Positions 19,750 to 28,725 of a stretch of DNA of 64,000 nt are shown here, piece by piece; the first letter of the stretch is position 1; every line of letters starts with the position of its first letter. Made by a program: the position numbers and the translations under genes. The stretch lies in the IMG/VR virus record IMGVR_UViG_3300023174_000039, positions 186,001-250,000 of that record. The stretch is one strand, 5' to 3'. The notes beneath the pieces are model-generated. The model saw only the letters and a program-made list of their open reading frames with translations. It had not been told where the DNA came from and ran no database searches.

Positions 19750-19758
19750 AGAATAATA

Positions 19759-20313
19759 ATGGCACAATCATCGACTCAGGATCTAATTAGACATATGGAG
19801 CAAAATCTTCCATATCGTGGGCCTGTTCAATACAAGTTCACCAGTACCAAAGAGTACATTGACGCATTTCCTTGTGCATACCGACAGTGGAGAGCCGACA
19901 GTCATTGTAACTTGAATCATGGGTACTCGTTTAGTATGAAGTTTTACTTTGGTACTAACGACCTTGATGTTCGAAACTGGGCTGCCGACTATGGTGGACT
20001 CAAGGAACTTAAAAAGATCCTAGAAGATCAATTTGATCACACTACTTTGGTCAGTGCCGACGATCCAGAACTGGAATTTTACAAAGAGATGGAACGTCGC
20101 AAACTGGCCAAGCTCACAATCTTGCCCCGTGTAGGATGTGAATCACTTGCAGACATGCTGTACAAGTATGTTAATGGTGTTTATATACCAGACTTTTGGG
20201 GTCCAGGTGAAGCAGAGCGTTTGTGGTGCTACCGAGTGGAAGTACGTGAAACACAAGCAAACATGGCTTTCCGTGAAGGCCATAGAGAATGGAATGAGGA
20301 CTTATTTGCATGA
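19759..20313 (+). CDS. queD: 6-carboxy-5,6,7,8-tetrahydropterin synthase
   Basis: CAYRQWRADSHCNLNHGY, FDHTTL, GCESLA, EVRET. Confidence 0.88.
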   Translation: MAQSSTQDLIRHMEQNLPYRGPVQYKFTSTKEYIDAFPCAYRQWRADSHCNLNHGYSFSMKFYFGTNDLDVRNWAADYGGLKELKKILEDQFDHTTLVSADDPELEFYKEMERRKLAKLTILPRVGCESLADMLYKYVNGVYIPDFWGPGEAERLWCYRVEVRETQANMAFREGHREWNEDLFA

Positions 20314-21164
20314 ACACCCCCGAATTTGATATTGCAATTTTATTGCCCACTCGTGGGCGATCTGATTCACTAGAACGTAGTGTAAAAAGTGTAATTGAAT
20401 TAGCATCAGCGCCAGACAAAATTCAACTGATGTTTGGATTTGATGACGATGACGAAATTGGCACCAAGCACTTTGAAGATGAACTACAGCCGTGGCTAGA
20501 TGCACAAGGTGTGCATTATACTGCCATGAGCTTTGCTCCTTTAGGATATATTCGTCTCAACGAATATGTCAACGAACTAGCACGTAACAGTGATGCACGT
20601 TGGTTGGTATTTTGGAATGACGACGCTGTGATGGAAACCCAGGACTGGGACAAAGAAATCATGAAGCACGAAGGCGAGTTTAAGTTACTTGCATTCCATA
20701 CACATCATGATCATCCTTACAGTATCTTTCCTATTGCACCTCGCAAGTGGTTGGAGTTGTTGGGTTATTTGAGCCCACATCAGATCTCTGATGCATGGCT
20801 GAGTCAACAGGCATACATGCTGGATATCTGGGAACGGATTGAAGTTGATGTGTTGCACGATCGTCATGATCTTACCGGCAACAACAACGATGAAACATTC
20901 CAGAATCGCCCCATGCTGGAAGGCAATCCCAAAGATCCTAGAGATTTCCATAGCATTCAACAAATGGAACTTCGTCATGTTGACTGCGCCAAAATTGCAA
21001 CTTACTTGCAAAACGAATGCGGCAAAGACATGAGTTTCTTTGCCAACATCTTCAGAGGCACCCAAGATCCTTGGGAAAAACTAGCCAAGAACGATGTCAA
21101 CAAGCAAATGATGCAGTTTGCTAACCCACACAGTAATAAACAAAATGTCACAATCAAGTCTTGA
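20310..21164 (+). CDS. GT-A (GT2-like) glycosyltransferase
   Basis: ILLPTRGR; FWNDD (DXD-like). Confidence 0.82.
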   Translation: MNTPEFDIAILLPTRGRSDSLERSVKSVIELASAPDKIQLMFGFDDDDEIGTKHFEDELQPWLDAQGVHYTAMSFAPLGYIRLNEYVNELARNSDARWLVFWNDDAVMETQDWDKEIMKHEGEFKLLAFHTHHDHPYSIFPIAPRKWLELLGYLSPHQISDAWLSQQAYMLDIWERIEVDVLHDRHDLTGNNNDETFQNRPMLEGNPKDPRDFHSIQQMELRHVDCAKIATYLQNECGKDMSFFANIFRGTQDPWEKLAKNDVNKQMMQFANPHSNKQNVTIKS

Positions 21165-21933
21165 AGATCGTATTAAAAAATACTGGAACACACAGCCGTG
21201 CAACATCAAACACGGCACTAGCGATATTGGTACTGCTGAATTCTTTCAGGAAGTAAGCGAACGCCGATACAAAGTAGAATCTCACATTGCTGAGTTTGCA
21301 GGATTTCACTTGTGGGCCGGTAAACGTGTGCTAGAAATTGGTTGCGGTATTGGATCAGATGCTGAAGAATTTGCCAAGCATGGTGCCGAGTATGTGGGCA
21401 TTGACTTGAGTGACCAAAGCATTGCACTAAGTCGTCAACGATTTGAAACACTGGGACTCGAAGGCGAGTTTTACAATATTGATGCAACAGATGCCACGGC
21501 TCTTGCTACACTGGGCGAGTTTGATCTTGTGTATAGTTATGGTGTAATACATCATTTTCCTGGCATTGACAAGATTATTGACAATGTACACGAAGTGGTC
21601 AAGCATGGTGGAGAATTCCGATTCATGGTGTATGCCAAGAACTCCTGGAAGTATGCCATGATACAAAAAGGGCTTGATCAATTTGAGGCACAAGCAGGTT
21701 GCCCATACGCACAGGCATTCAGTAAAGATGAGATTCATCAGATGATGAACAGCGACAATGGATGGTATGTTGAACGTTTGCGTCAAGATCACTGCTTTAT
21801 GTACAATGTAGATGAGTACAAGAAAGGCAATTATGTGTTAGAGCCATGGTTTGAAGCCATGAGCGATGCACATCGTCAAGCGGTACGAGAATATCTAGGC
21901 TGGCATTTGTTGGTTAAGGCTCGCAAAGTTTGA
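21145..21933 (+). CDS. Class I SAM-dependent methyltransferase
   Basis: VLEIGCGIGSD; FDLVYSYGVIHH. Confidence 0.9.
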   Translation: MSQSSLEDRIKKYWNTQPCNIKHGTSDIGTAEFFQEVSERRYKVESHIAEFAGFHLWAGKRVLEIGCGIGSDAEEFAKHGAEYVGIDLSDQSIALSRQRFETLGLEGEFYNIDATDATALATLGEFDLVYSYGVIHHFPGIDKIIDNVHEVVKHGGEFRFMVYAKNSWKYAMIQKGLDQFEAQAGCPYAQAFSKDEIHQMMNSDNGWYVERLRQDHCFMYNVDEYKKGNYVLEPWFEAMSDAHRQAVREYLGWHLLVKARKV

Positions 21934-22661
21934 GTAGACTGTTTGCTTTTGGATGTAGTTTTACCCATTATAGATGGAGTACCTGGGCTGACATCCTAGC
22001 AGTGCAGTACGATGAGTACCAGAATTGGGGACAAAGTGGCGGAGGCAATCATTTTATCTTTAATTCTGTTATGGAAGCAGATCAGCGTCACAAGTTTACT
22101 GCAGGAGATACTGTGGTAATTTGTTGGACCAATGTCATGCGAGAAGATCGATACACACACAATTGGCAAACACACGGGAACATTACCACTTGTCAATACT
22201 ATGATGATGCCTATGTGCGTAAATATGTTAGCGAACGTGGTAACCTAGTCCGAGACATGGCATTTATCAAGGCCACACAATTATTTTTACAAAACATTCC
22301 TGACCTAAAGCATGAATTTTTGAGCATGTGTCCATTGGTATACCCAGATCAATACAATCCAAACAGAGTCAGCGACAACCCAGATATTACAGCCTTGTAT
22401 GAATCCGTTCTAAATAACATCAAACCCAGTTACTACGAAACTGTGTTAGCCGAAGATAGATCAAATGGATGGAAGTTGCATAACTGGAACACAGGATTAA
22501 AAGATCCGCATCCTACACCCGTAGAGCACTTGGCGTATTTGGATTGGGTTTTGCCGGGTTGGGTGACAAACTCAGATATTCGTGTTAAAGTAGTACAAGA
22601 AACTGCAGACCCCGACATCATACACAAATTTTTAAAACGACCAGAGATTACGAGATTATAA
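21930..22661 (+). CDS. SGNH/GDSL-like protein
   Basis: FAFGCSFT, NWGQSGGGN, DPHPT. Confidence 0.65.
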   Translation: MSRLFAFGCSFTHYRWSTWADILAVQYDEYQNWGQSGGGNHFIFNSVMEADQRHKFTAGDTVVICWTNVMREDRYTHNWQTHGNITTCQYYDDAYVRKYVSERGNLVRDMAFIKATQLFLQNIPDLKHEFLSMCPLVYPDQYNPNRVSDNPDITALYESVLNNIKPSYYETVLAEDRSNGWKLHNWNTGLKDPHPTPVEHLAYLDWVLPGWVTNSDIRVKVVQETADPDIIHKFLKRPEITRL

Positions 22662-22662
22662 T

Positions 22663-23517
22663 ATGAAACTCAAAGTATCAGAACTATTTTATTCAGCACA
22701 AGGAGAAGGACGCTTTATTGGTGTACCAAGTGTATTCTTGAGAACATTTGGTTGTAACTTTACCTGCGCAGGATTTGGATGCAAGCCTGGCGAAAAGTCC
22801 ACAGAAGCAGACGAGGTTGCCAAGACTGTACACTTGTACAAAACATTTGAAGAGCTTCCGCTTGTAAACACAGGGTGTGACAGCTATGCGTCATGGCACC
22901 CTGACTTTAAAGAACTCAGTCCCACATACGAGATTGATGAGCTAGTAGACAAAATGCTAGACTTGATTCCAGATCGCAAGTGGACCAATCGCACAGGCAA
23001 TGATACACATCTTGTGATCACAGGAGGTGAGCCTTTGCTAGGTTGGCAACGTGTATATCAAGACTTGTTTGATCATGCTGACATGCGTGGTATTAAAAAT
23101 GTTACATTTGAAACCAATGGCACTCAGCAGTTACAACCTAAATTTGGCGCATATCTTAACGAGTGGTTGGCCGGGCACAATGAACTTACATTCAGTGTAA
23201 GTCCCAAACTCAGCGCCAGTGGTGAAGCATGGGAAGAGGCTATCAAGCCGGAGATTGTTGCAACGTATCAAAACTACGGCACAGTGTATCTTAAATTTGT
23301 GATTGATAGCGAAGCACACTTTGAAGAAGTGGATCGTGCAGTAACAGCGTATCGTGCGGCAGGATTTGAAGGTGTAGTATATGTGATGCCGCAAGGTGGT
23401 GTTGTTGCACCATATGCAGAGAATCGTGTGAACGTTGCAGACTGGGCACTTGCACGTGGTTATTATTATACTCCAAGATTGCACGTTGATCTCTGGGGCA
23501 ATGGATGGGGCAAGTGA
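22663..23517 (+). CDS. queE: 7-carboxy-7-deazaguanine synthase (radical SAM)
   Basis: ELFYSAQGEG..GVPSVFLRTFGCNFTC; ITGGEP; FETNG; VSPK; PRLHV. Confidence 0.9.
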   Translation: MKLKVSELFYSAQGEGRFIGVPSVFLRTFGCNFTCAGFGCKPGEKSTEADEVAKTVHLYKTFEELPLVNTGCDSYASWHPDFKELSPTYEIDELVDKMLDLIPDRKWTNRTGNDTHLVITGGEPLLGWQRVYQDLFDHADMRGIKNVTFETNGTQQLQPKFGAYLNEWLAGHNELTFSVSPKLSASGEAWEEAIKPEIVATYQNYGTVYLKFVIDSEAHFEEVDRAVTAYRAAGFEGVVYVMPQGGVVAPYAENRVNVADWALARGYYYTPRLHVDLWGNGWGK

Positions 23518-23912
23518 TGGGAATATTTGATAGATTTTTAAAACCCAAGAAGGCAGAGAAACCAGTAGAGGTCAAAGCACCTCCTGTTCCCAAAGTCAAA
23601 GCACCCGAGAAGACTGCTAAACAATTGGCTACAGAAGCCGGTGAGCCTTATGTGGCTGTATTAGGCATGGATGTAGACCTTGATAACTTACACCAAGGTG
23701 CATTTGAACTTGACTGGAACGAAATCTTTGTTGCTAGACTAATCAAAGCAGGGTATCAAGGCAAAGTAGATGCAGACATTGTGGACCAGTGGTTCCAAAA
23801 CGTGTGTAGACATGTTGTTATGGAAACATGGGAACAAGAACAAGCAATCAAAAACTCAGGCATCTGGGTACAAAGCAAAGACATAGGTAATGGTAGGAGC
23901 GAAGTATCATGA
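23505..23912 (+). CDS. Conserved phage hypothetical protein
   Basis: GEPYVAVL...FELDWNEIF..L...GY...IVDQWF. Confidence 0.75.
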   Translation: MGQVMGIFDRFLKPKKAEKPVEVKAPPVPKVKAPEKTAKQLATEAGEPYVAVLGMDVDLDNLHQGAFELDWNEIFVARLIKAGYQGKVDADIVDQWFQNVCRHVVMETWEQEQAIKNSGIWVQSKDIGNGRSEVS

Positions 23913-24385
23913 TTTTTAATCATATCAAAGAACTAAAAGCACAAGGTAAAAAGATTGGCATTACCTTTAGCACATTTGACATGTTGCATGCTGGCCATGT
24001 TGCCATGTTGTCAGAAGCCAAGAATCACTGTGATTATTTAATTGCAGGATTACAAACTGATCCAACTATTGATAGGCCTGATACAAAAAATCATCCTATA
24101 CAAAGCATTGTAGAACGTCAGATTCAACTTGCGGCTTGTCGTTACGTTGATGAAGTAGTAGTATATCAAACTGAACAAGACTTGATTGACTTGTTGTTGA
24201 TTCTACCATTGGACGTTCGAATTCTAGGTACCGAGTATGAGGACATGAACTTTACCGGTCGTAATGAAGGGGCCGGTCGCGGTATACAGGTTATATTTAA
24301 TAGACGTGACCATAGTTTTAGTTCCAGCAGTTTGCGCAAGCGAGTTGCAGAAGCAGAAAAAATCAAAGCACTCAAACAAGAATGA
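23909..24385 (+). CDS. Cytidylyltransferase (TagD-like)
   Basis: FSTFDMLHAGH (HXGH motif); SFSSSSLR. Confidence 0.9.
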   Translation: MIFNHIKELKAQGKKIGITFSTFDMLHAGHVAMLSEAKNHCDYLIAGLQTDPTIDRPDTKNHPIQSIVERQIQLAACRYVDEVVVYQTEQDLIDLLLILPLDVRILGTEYEDMNFTGRNEGAGRGIQVIFNRRDHSFSSSSLRKRVAEAEKIKALKQE

Positions 24386-25110
24386 TTTTGTATGTCAACG
24401 GCGATAGTCATGCTGCCGCAGCCGAGGCAGTAAATCCACACGCATGGGCCATGGATGATGGGTTGTTTTATGCCCTTGCACGACAGCCACATCCTGACAA
24501 TGAACGTGCCAGCTTTGGATGTGAGCTAGCCAACTGGTTAAATGCTATATTATACTTGGATGCACAAGCCGGTTGTTCAAACACACGCATCATGCGCACC
24601 ACAAGAGAATGGATCAAAGCCAATCCTGATGCAGTAAAAGATTGTTTTATGGTTATTCAATGGACCACTTGGGAACGAGAAGAGTGGTGGCATAACGGCG
24701 AAGACCTTCAAGTAAATGCCAGCGGTATTGATGAAGTGCCCCAAGAACTGCAACAGCGTTACAAACAGTTTATCATTGATGTGGACTGGGACAAGTGCAG
24801 ACAACGTGCTCACGATGAAATTTGGGAGTTCCACAAGGAACTGGAAGCACAAGAAATTCGGCATGTGATGTTTAACGGCAACAACCATTTTGATGGTATT
24901 TCAGACCAAAAAGCGTGGGGATCTAGTTACATGCATCCGTATGCTGCCGAACTGACTTACAATTCGGTACTAAGAAGCAACGGATTCAAAACGGTTAATC
25001 CAGATAGTTGGCATTTTGGGCCAGATGCCCATTGCTATTGGGCGGAATATGTGTTACAATACATTAAACGCAACCAACTATTAACCCCCAATGAAATACC
25101 TACTTATTGA
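24382..25110 (+). CDS. SGNH/GDSL-like protein
   Basis: YVNGDSH, AGCSN, WHFGPDAH. Confidence 0.65.
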   Translation: MILYVNGDSHAAAAEAVNPHAWAMDDGLFYALARQPHPDNERASFGCELANWLNAILYLDAQAGCSNTRIMRTTREWIKANPDAVKDCFMVIQWTTWEREEWWHNGEDLQVNASGIDEVPQELQQRYKQFIIDVDWDKCRQRAHDEIWEFHKELEAQEIRHVMFNGNNHFDGISDQKAWGSSYMHPYAAELTYNSVLRSNGFKTVNPDSWHFGPDAHCYWAEYVLQYIKRNQLLTPNEIPTY

Positions 25111-26110
25111 CACAGCCAACATGTTTTTCCGAGCACGTCACGGTGCCCACAGAGCCAGTGACACATGGACCAAACTAGGCTTTGCATTACACGTTACAAT
25201 GATGGCTGCCAACAAGGTAGCCCGGCGTTTTCAAGCAGATCACGTGATTTTCGCACTGGAAGGTCGATCATGGCGCAAAGACTACTACGAGCCCTACAAA
25301 AAGAACCGTGCTGTAGCACGTGGTAAAATGACCGAGGACGAAGCAGAAGAAGACAAGCTGTTTTGGGAAACTTATGACAATCTGACTAAATACTTGTCAG
25401 ACAGAACCAATTGCAGTGTTATTCGTTGCGCAACAGCCGAAGCAGATGACATCATTGCACGTTGGATTTCATTACACCCCCAAGACGATCACGTAATTGT
25501 TAGCTCAGACACAGACTTTGTTCAATTAGTCGCATCTAACGTCACACAATACAATGGCATTACAGATGAACTGATCACACTGGAGGGCATATTTGATGCC
25601 AAGGGTAAGCCTGTTACAGATAAAAAAACTAAACAACCAAAAACCATCCCGGATCCGTCCTGGCTATTATTTGAGAAGTGCATGCGTGGCGACACCTCCG
25701 ACAATGTCTTCTCTGCTTATCCGGGAGTACGTGAAAAAGGGACAAAGAATAAAGTTGGTCTCCGTGAAGCCTTTGCCGACAGAGACCGAAAAGGATATTC
25801 TTGGAACAACATGATGCTTCAACGCTGGACTGACCATAATGGCGAGGAGCACAGAGTGTTAGACGATTATGAACGTAACTGTACATTGATCGATCTTAAC
25901 GCACAACCGGATGCGGTCAAGGCCACAGTAGATGCCGCAATCCGTGAACAACTTAGTCACAAGGATGTAGGACAAGTGGGCAGTCACTTTCTCAAGTTCT
26001 GTGGCAAATACGAGTTGACCAAATGCAGTGACTCAGCAGAGTCATTTGGTCGCTGGCTCAATGAAACATACAAAGGAGTATTAAATGATACAAGCCAAAC
26101 CAGTAGTTGA
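25091..26110 (+). CDS. rnh: RNase H / 5'-3' exonuclease (T4 Rnh-like)
   Basis: LLIDTAN, EADDII, SSDTDF, RGDTSDNV. Confidence 0.9.
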   Translation: MKYLLIDTANMFFRARHGAHRASDTWTKLGFALHVTMMAANKVARRFQADHVIFALEGRSWRKDYYEPYKKNRAVARGKMTEDEAEEDKLFWETYDNLTKYLSDRTNCSVIRCATAEADDIIARWISLHPQDDHVIVSSDTDFVQLVASNVTQYNGITDELITLEGIFDAKGKPVTDKKTKQPKTIPDPSWLLFEKCMRGDTSDNVFSAYPGVREKGTKNKVGLREAFADRDRKGYSWNNMMLQRWTDHNGEEHRVLDDYERNCTLIDLNAQPDAVKATVDAAIREQLSHKDVGQVGSHFLKFCGKYELTKCSDSAESFGRWLNETYKGVLNDTSQTSS

Positions 26111-26534
26111 TAACGAATATTGGATCTTGAAAAAAGATGACCAGAAGATTGGTAACATCCAAGCAGTTAACGATGGATATCAAATCACAATCGAAAACAA
26201 GATTGGATTGTACAAGACCATTCCCATGTTGCGCAAACGTGAGAATGTGGAATTTGAGCCAGCTGAAAAAGTAACCAAACCTGCGGCAGACCTGGTGCAT
26301 GGCTATAGCACTGGATGTAGAACATACAATCCCATATGGGATGTCAAACACAAGCTACCGCTGTTTACCAAAAACAACAAAAGTAAATCTTGGTTTGCAG
26401 CCGGCTGGTACATGGTCAAACAACATCGCAACTGGAAGCCGGTCCATAACCCCAAACTCATTGTACTCGAGCGTTACAAGTATCAAGGTCCTTTCCACTC
26501 CAAAGAAGAAGCCAATGTCAAATCCGTTTCGTGA
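26085..26534 (+). CDS. Hypothetical protein
   Basis: 149-aa ORF with an AAGGAG SD. Confidence 0.75.
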   Translation: MIQAKPVVDNEYWILKKDDQKIGNIQAVNDGYQITIENKIGLYKTIPMLRKRENVEFEPAEKVTKPAADLVHGYSTGCRTYNPIWDVKHKLPLFTKNNKSKSWFAAGWYMVKQHRNWKPVHNPKLIVLERYKYQGPFHSKEEANVKSVS

Positions 26535-26892
26535 TCAAGAAAAATTCATGCTGGCCTGCGATCAGACTGTGGGCACGTTCAATCAAAAACAATACAACCT
26601 GTATCGTGACCTTATTTCTGAAGAGACTGCAGAACTCAATGCCGCAGTGGCACAAGGCGATTCAGTCGAACAGCTTGATGCCCTAATTGATATCCTGGTT
26701 GTGACCATTGGTGCTATTCATTCCATGGGTGCCGATGCCGAAGGTGCATGGAAAGAAGTCATGCGCACAAACTTTGCCAAGATTGATCATAACACCGGCA
26801 AAGTACGCAAACGTGAAGACGGAAAAGTACTAAAACCAACAGGTTGGGAGCCGCCTGACCTAGCACCATACCTAAAACAAGTGACCAAATGA
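26515..26892 (+). CDS. MazG-like NTP pyrophosphohydrolase (PRA-PH/dUTPase-like)
   Basis: LISEE..EL; LDALIDILVV; EVMRTNFAK; KREDGKVLKP. Confidence 0.88.
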   Translation: MSNPFRDQEKFMLACDQTVGTFNQKQYNLYRDLISEETAELNAAVAQGDSVEQLDALIDILVVTIGAIHSMGADAEGAWKEVMRTNFAKIDHNTGKVRKREDGKVLKPTGWEPPDLAPYLKQVTK

Positions 26893-27092
26893 GTTTACAT
26901 ATTAATCGATTTGTTGACAGTATCAAAGCACACGAATCTAGAGGGCAAAAAGATTTCTCTATGCCACTCAAAGACGCCAAAGATCTACACGCAGATATCA
27001 CCAAATTATTGCTGGTGCTAGAACAACTACGACAAACAAACAGCAAAACTGATGATACAATTCAAGTGGAAATCACCGGTGGTACATTTTAA
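26889..27092 (+). CDS. Hypothetical protein
   Basis: Coupled 67-aa ORF. Confidence 0.7.
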   Translation: MSLHINRFVDSIKAHESRGQKDFSMPLKDAKDLHADITKLLLVLEQLRQTNSKTDDTIQVEITGGTF

Positions 27093-27130
27093 ACTACTCA
27101 GTTTTCTAGGTAAATAATACTAGGAGTTTA

Positions 27131-27430
27131 ATGATGAGTAGACCAAAACCCAGTGTGTTAATTGAACACACAAACAAACAATCTTACAAGACCGAGCAAG
27201 TGCTAGCGTCGGAAGGAGTATGGGCGGTTTTCTACGACAACAAACCCATTAACCTCAAAACATCCAATATGCTTACACAGTATCCTGGGCCCAAGTACAA
27301 GAAGGTCAGCTTTTCCAATCCTGGGCATGCTATCAATTTGGCTCGTAAACTCAACACGCAGTTTAAAACTGACAAGTTCAGCGTGGTGCTGTTGACTCAG
27401 GGGGCTCAAGTGTTCCCCAATGATCAATAA
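27131..27430 (+). CDS. Conserved phage hypothetical protein
   Basis: TAAATA at 27111 and AGGAG SD; MSRPKP N-terminus. Confidence 0.8.
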   Translation: MMSRPKPSVLIEHTNKQSYKTEQVLASEGVWAVFYDNKPINLKTSNMLTQYPGPKYKKVSFSNPGHAINLARKLNTQFKTDKFSVVLLTQGAQVFPNDQ

Positions 27431-27785
27431 GATTGCATTAACTCAGCAGTTGATTGAACAGCTTCGCAGTGATGTAACACTCACACTTGACGAAGCCATG
27501 CAAGAGTGGTGGAAGAATCCCGACAAAGATGCAGGCCTACGGTTAACCGCCGAAGGCTTTTTTGTTTTTGATTCGTTAAAAATTGAACATTATGAGTTTG
27601 ATGTGCCCGCAAGTATGCCTGCAATACCTGGACAGCTATTAACTTTGGACAGAAAACTCACTTGTCCCTATTATATTTTTCTTGGTAAAAAGCCAAAGTT
27701 ATTGTTATTTGGTAGCAAGGAAGCCACAATGTATTCATTATATGGAGATATTAACCAATTTCTCAAAGGCATTGCTCGGGCATGA
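27420..27785 (+). CDS. Hypothetical protein
   Basis: Coupled 121-aa ORF. Confidence 0.72.
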   Translation: MINKIALTQQLIEQLRSDVTLTLDEAMQEWWKNPDKDAGLRLTAEGFFVFDSLKIEHYEFDVPASMPAIPGQLLTLDRKLTCPYYIFLGKKPKLLLFGSKEATMYSLYGDINQFLKGIARA

Positions 27786-27976
27786 CTGATATAAATTTTT
27801 CTGGATTATGGCGGGTCAATCTGGTAGAGCATACTGATAATCAAATTAGTAATATAATTGACGAAGTTTATTTTGAATTTCGGGGCGAAGCATTATTATT
27901 CATGAAAATCTATAATGAACCCATACCCGAATCTGGTAATTATACTGTATATACAGGTCCGTATAAAGTACCCTAA
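27782..27976 (+). CDS. Small hypothetical protein, AT-rich
   Basis: ATGA overlap; 64 aa. Confidence 0.55.
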   Translation: MTDINFSGLWRVNLVEHTDNQISNIIDEVYFEFRGEALLFMKIYNEPIPESGNYTVYTGPYKVP

Positions 27977-27978
27977 TT

Positions 27979-28018
27979 GATAATATTATCGATAATATTA
28001 TCGATAATCCCTGATAAT
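27979..28018. repeat. Tandem palindromic GATAATATTATC array
   Basis: GATAATATTATC twice (27979-28002), then GATAAT at 28003 and 28013. Confidence 0.9.
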
Positions 28019-28054
28019 CTAGCATGTTGTTTTTATGCAACATATGGATTTTGG

Positions 28055-28083
28055 TTGACCAGAAATGCCCGATTTGCTATAAT
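28055..28083 (+). promoter_or_regulatory. Strong sigma70 early promoter with extended -10
   Basis: TTGACC-17-TATAAT preceded by TG; ATG lies 5 nt downstream. Confidence 0.85.
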
Positions 28084-28088
28084 ACACT

Positions 28089-28427
28089 ATGAACTTAAAA
28101 AAGCAATCACGTAAAAAGCGCACCGACCGTACACACATCATTTATATGTTGCAAAGCGGTGCTGACTTCTACATTGGTGTTACTGCCAAGACTGAATCTA
28201 CTGTTAACAAGAGTGCTCAAGTGCGTTTCAACAAGCACGTATATCGCTCACGTTCAGAAGACAAATCCTGGGCACTATATGAGTGCATGCGTGAGCGTGG
28301 TGTTGACACATTTAACTTGGTGGTTGTGGATGTTGTGCGTGGCAAAACTGAAGCTCACAAATTAGAGCGTGAGATGATCCGTGAACACAAACCTAATTTG
28401 AACACAGATGTGCGTGGTGTTGTTTAA
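28089..28427 (+). CDS. GIY-YIG nuclease-family protein, apparently leaderless
   Basis: IIYML...FYIGVT...RFNKH...LEREMIREHKPNLN. Confidence 0.8.
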   Translation: MNLKKQSRKKRTDRTHIIYMLQSGADFYIGVTAKTESTVNKSAQVRFNKHVYRSRSEDKSWALYECMRERGVDTFNLVVVDVVRGKTEAHKLEREMIREHKPNLNTDVRGVV

Positions 28428-28441
28428 TTACAACACTGCGT

Positions 28442-28502
28442 TTTGGTTGACCAATAATTGCCCATTTGCTATAATATGAACATAGTAAGAAATAAGGAGC
28501 CC
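28442..28502 (+). repeat. 61-bp promoter plus RBS cassette, copy 1
   Basis: Identical to 28726-28786; TTGACC-17-TATAAT...TAAGGAG. Confidence 0.92.
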
Positions 28503-28505
28503 AAA

Positions 28506-28724
28506 ATGAAAGTCACTTTTACCCCTGCAAACGGTCGCCCAATGTTGATCCCTGCAGTGGCACTGAAAACATATCAGGCCAAGCACACGGCGGTTGCGTT
28601 TCTGCAAGCCAATGGTAGCATCCATGCTTCGCCCTTGACTCCTGGTGTTAACAAAGCCCGTAATACTATTCTCCGGGCCAATCGCAAGATCGAGCGCGAA
28701 GGCTGGTACTCCCAGGCTATTTGA
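28506..28724 (+). CDS. Small early hypothetical protein
   Basis: TAAGGAG SD and ATG 28506; 72 aa. Confidence 0.75.
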   Translation: MKVTFTPANGRPMLIPAVALKTYQAKHTAVAFLQANGSIHASPLTPGVNKARNTILRANRKIEREGWYSQAI

Positions 28725-28725
28725 A

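Noticed and set aside
28089-28427. Homing endonuclease or mobile intron
   Set aside because: Only 112 aa with no DNA-binding extension, and it does not interrupt a gene; treated as a stand-alone GIY-YIG protein.
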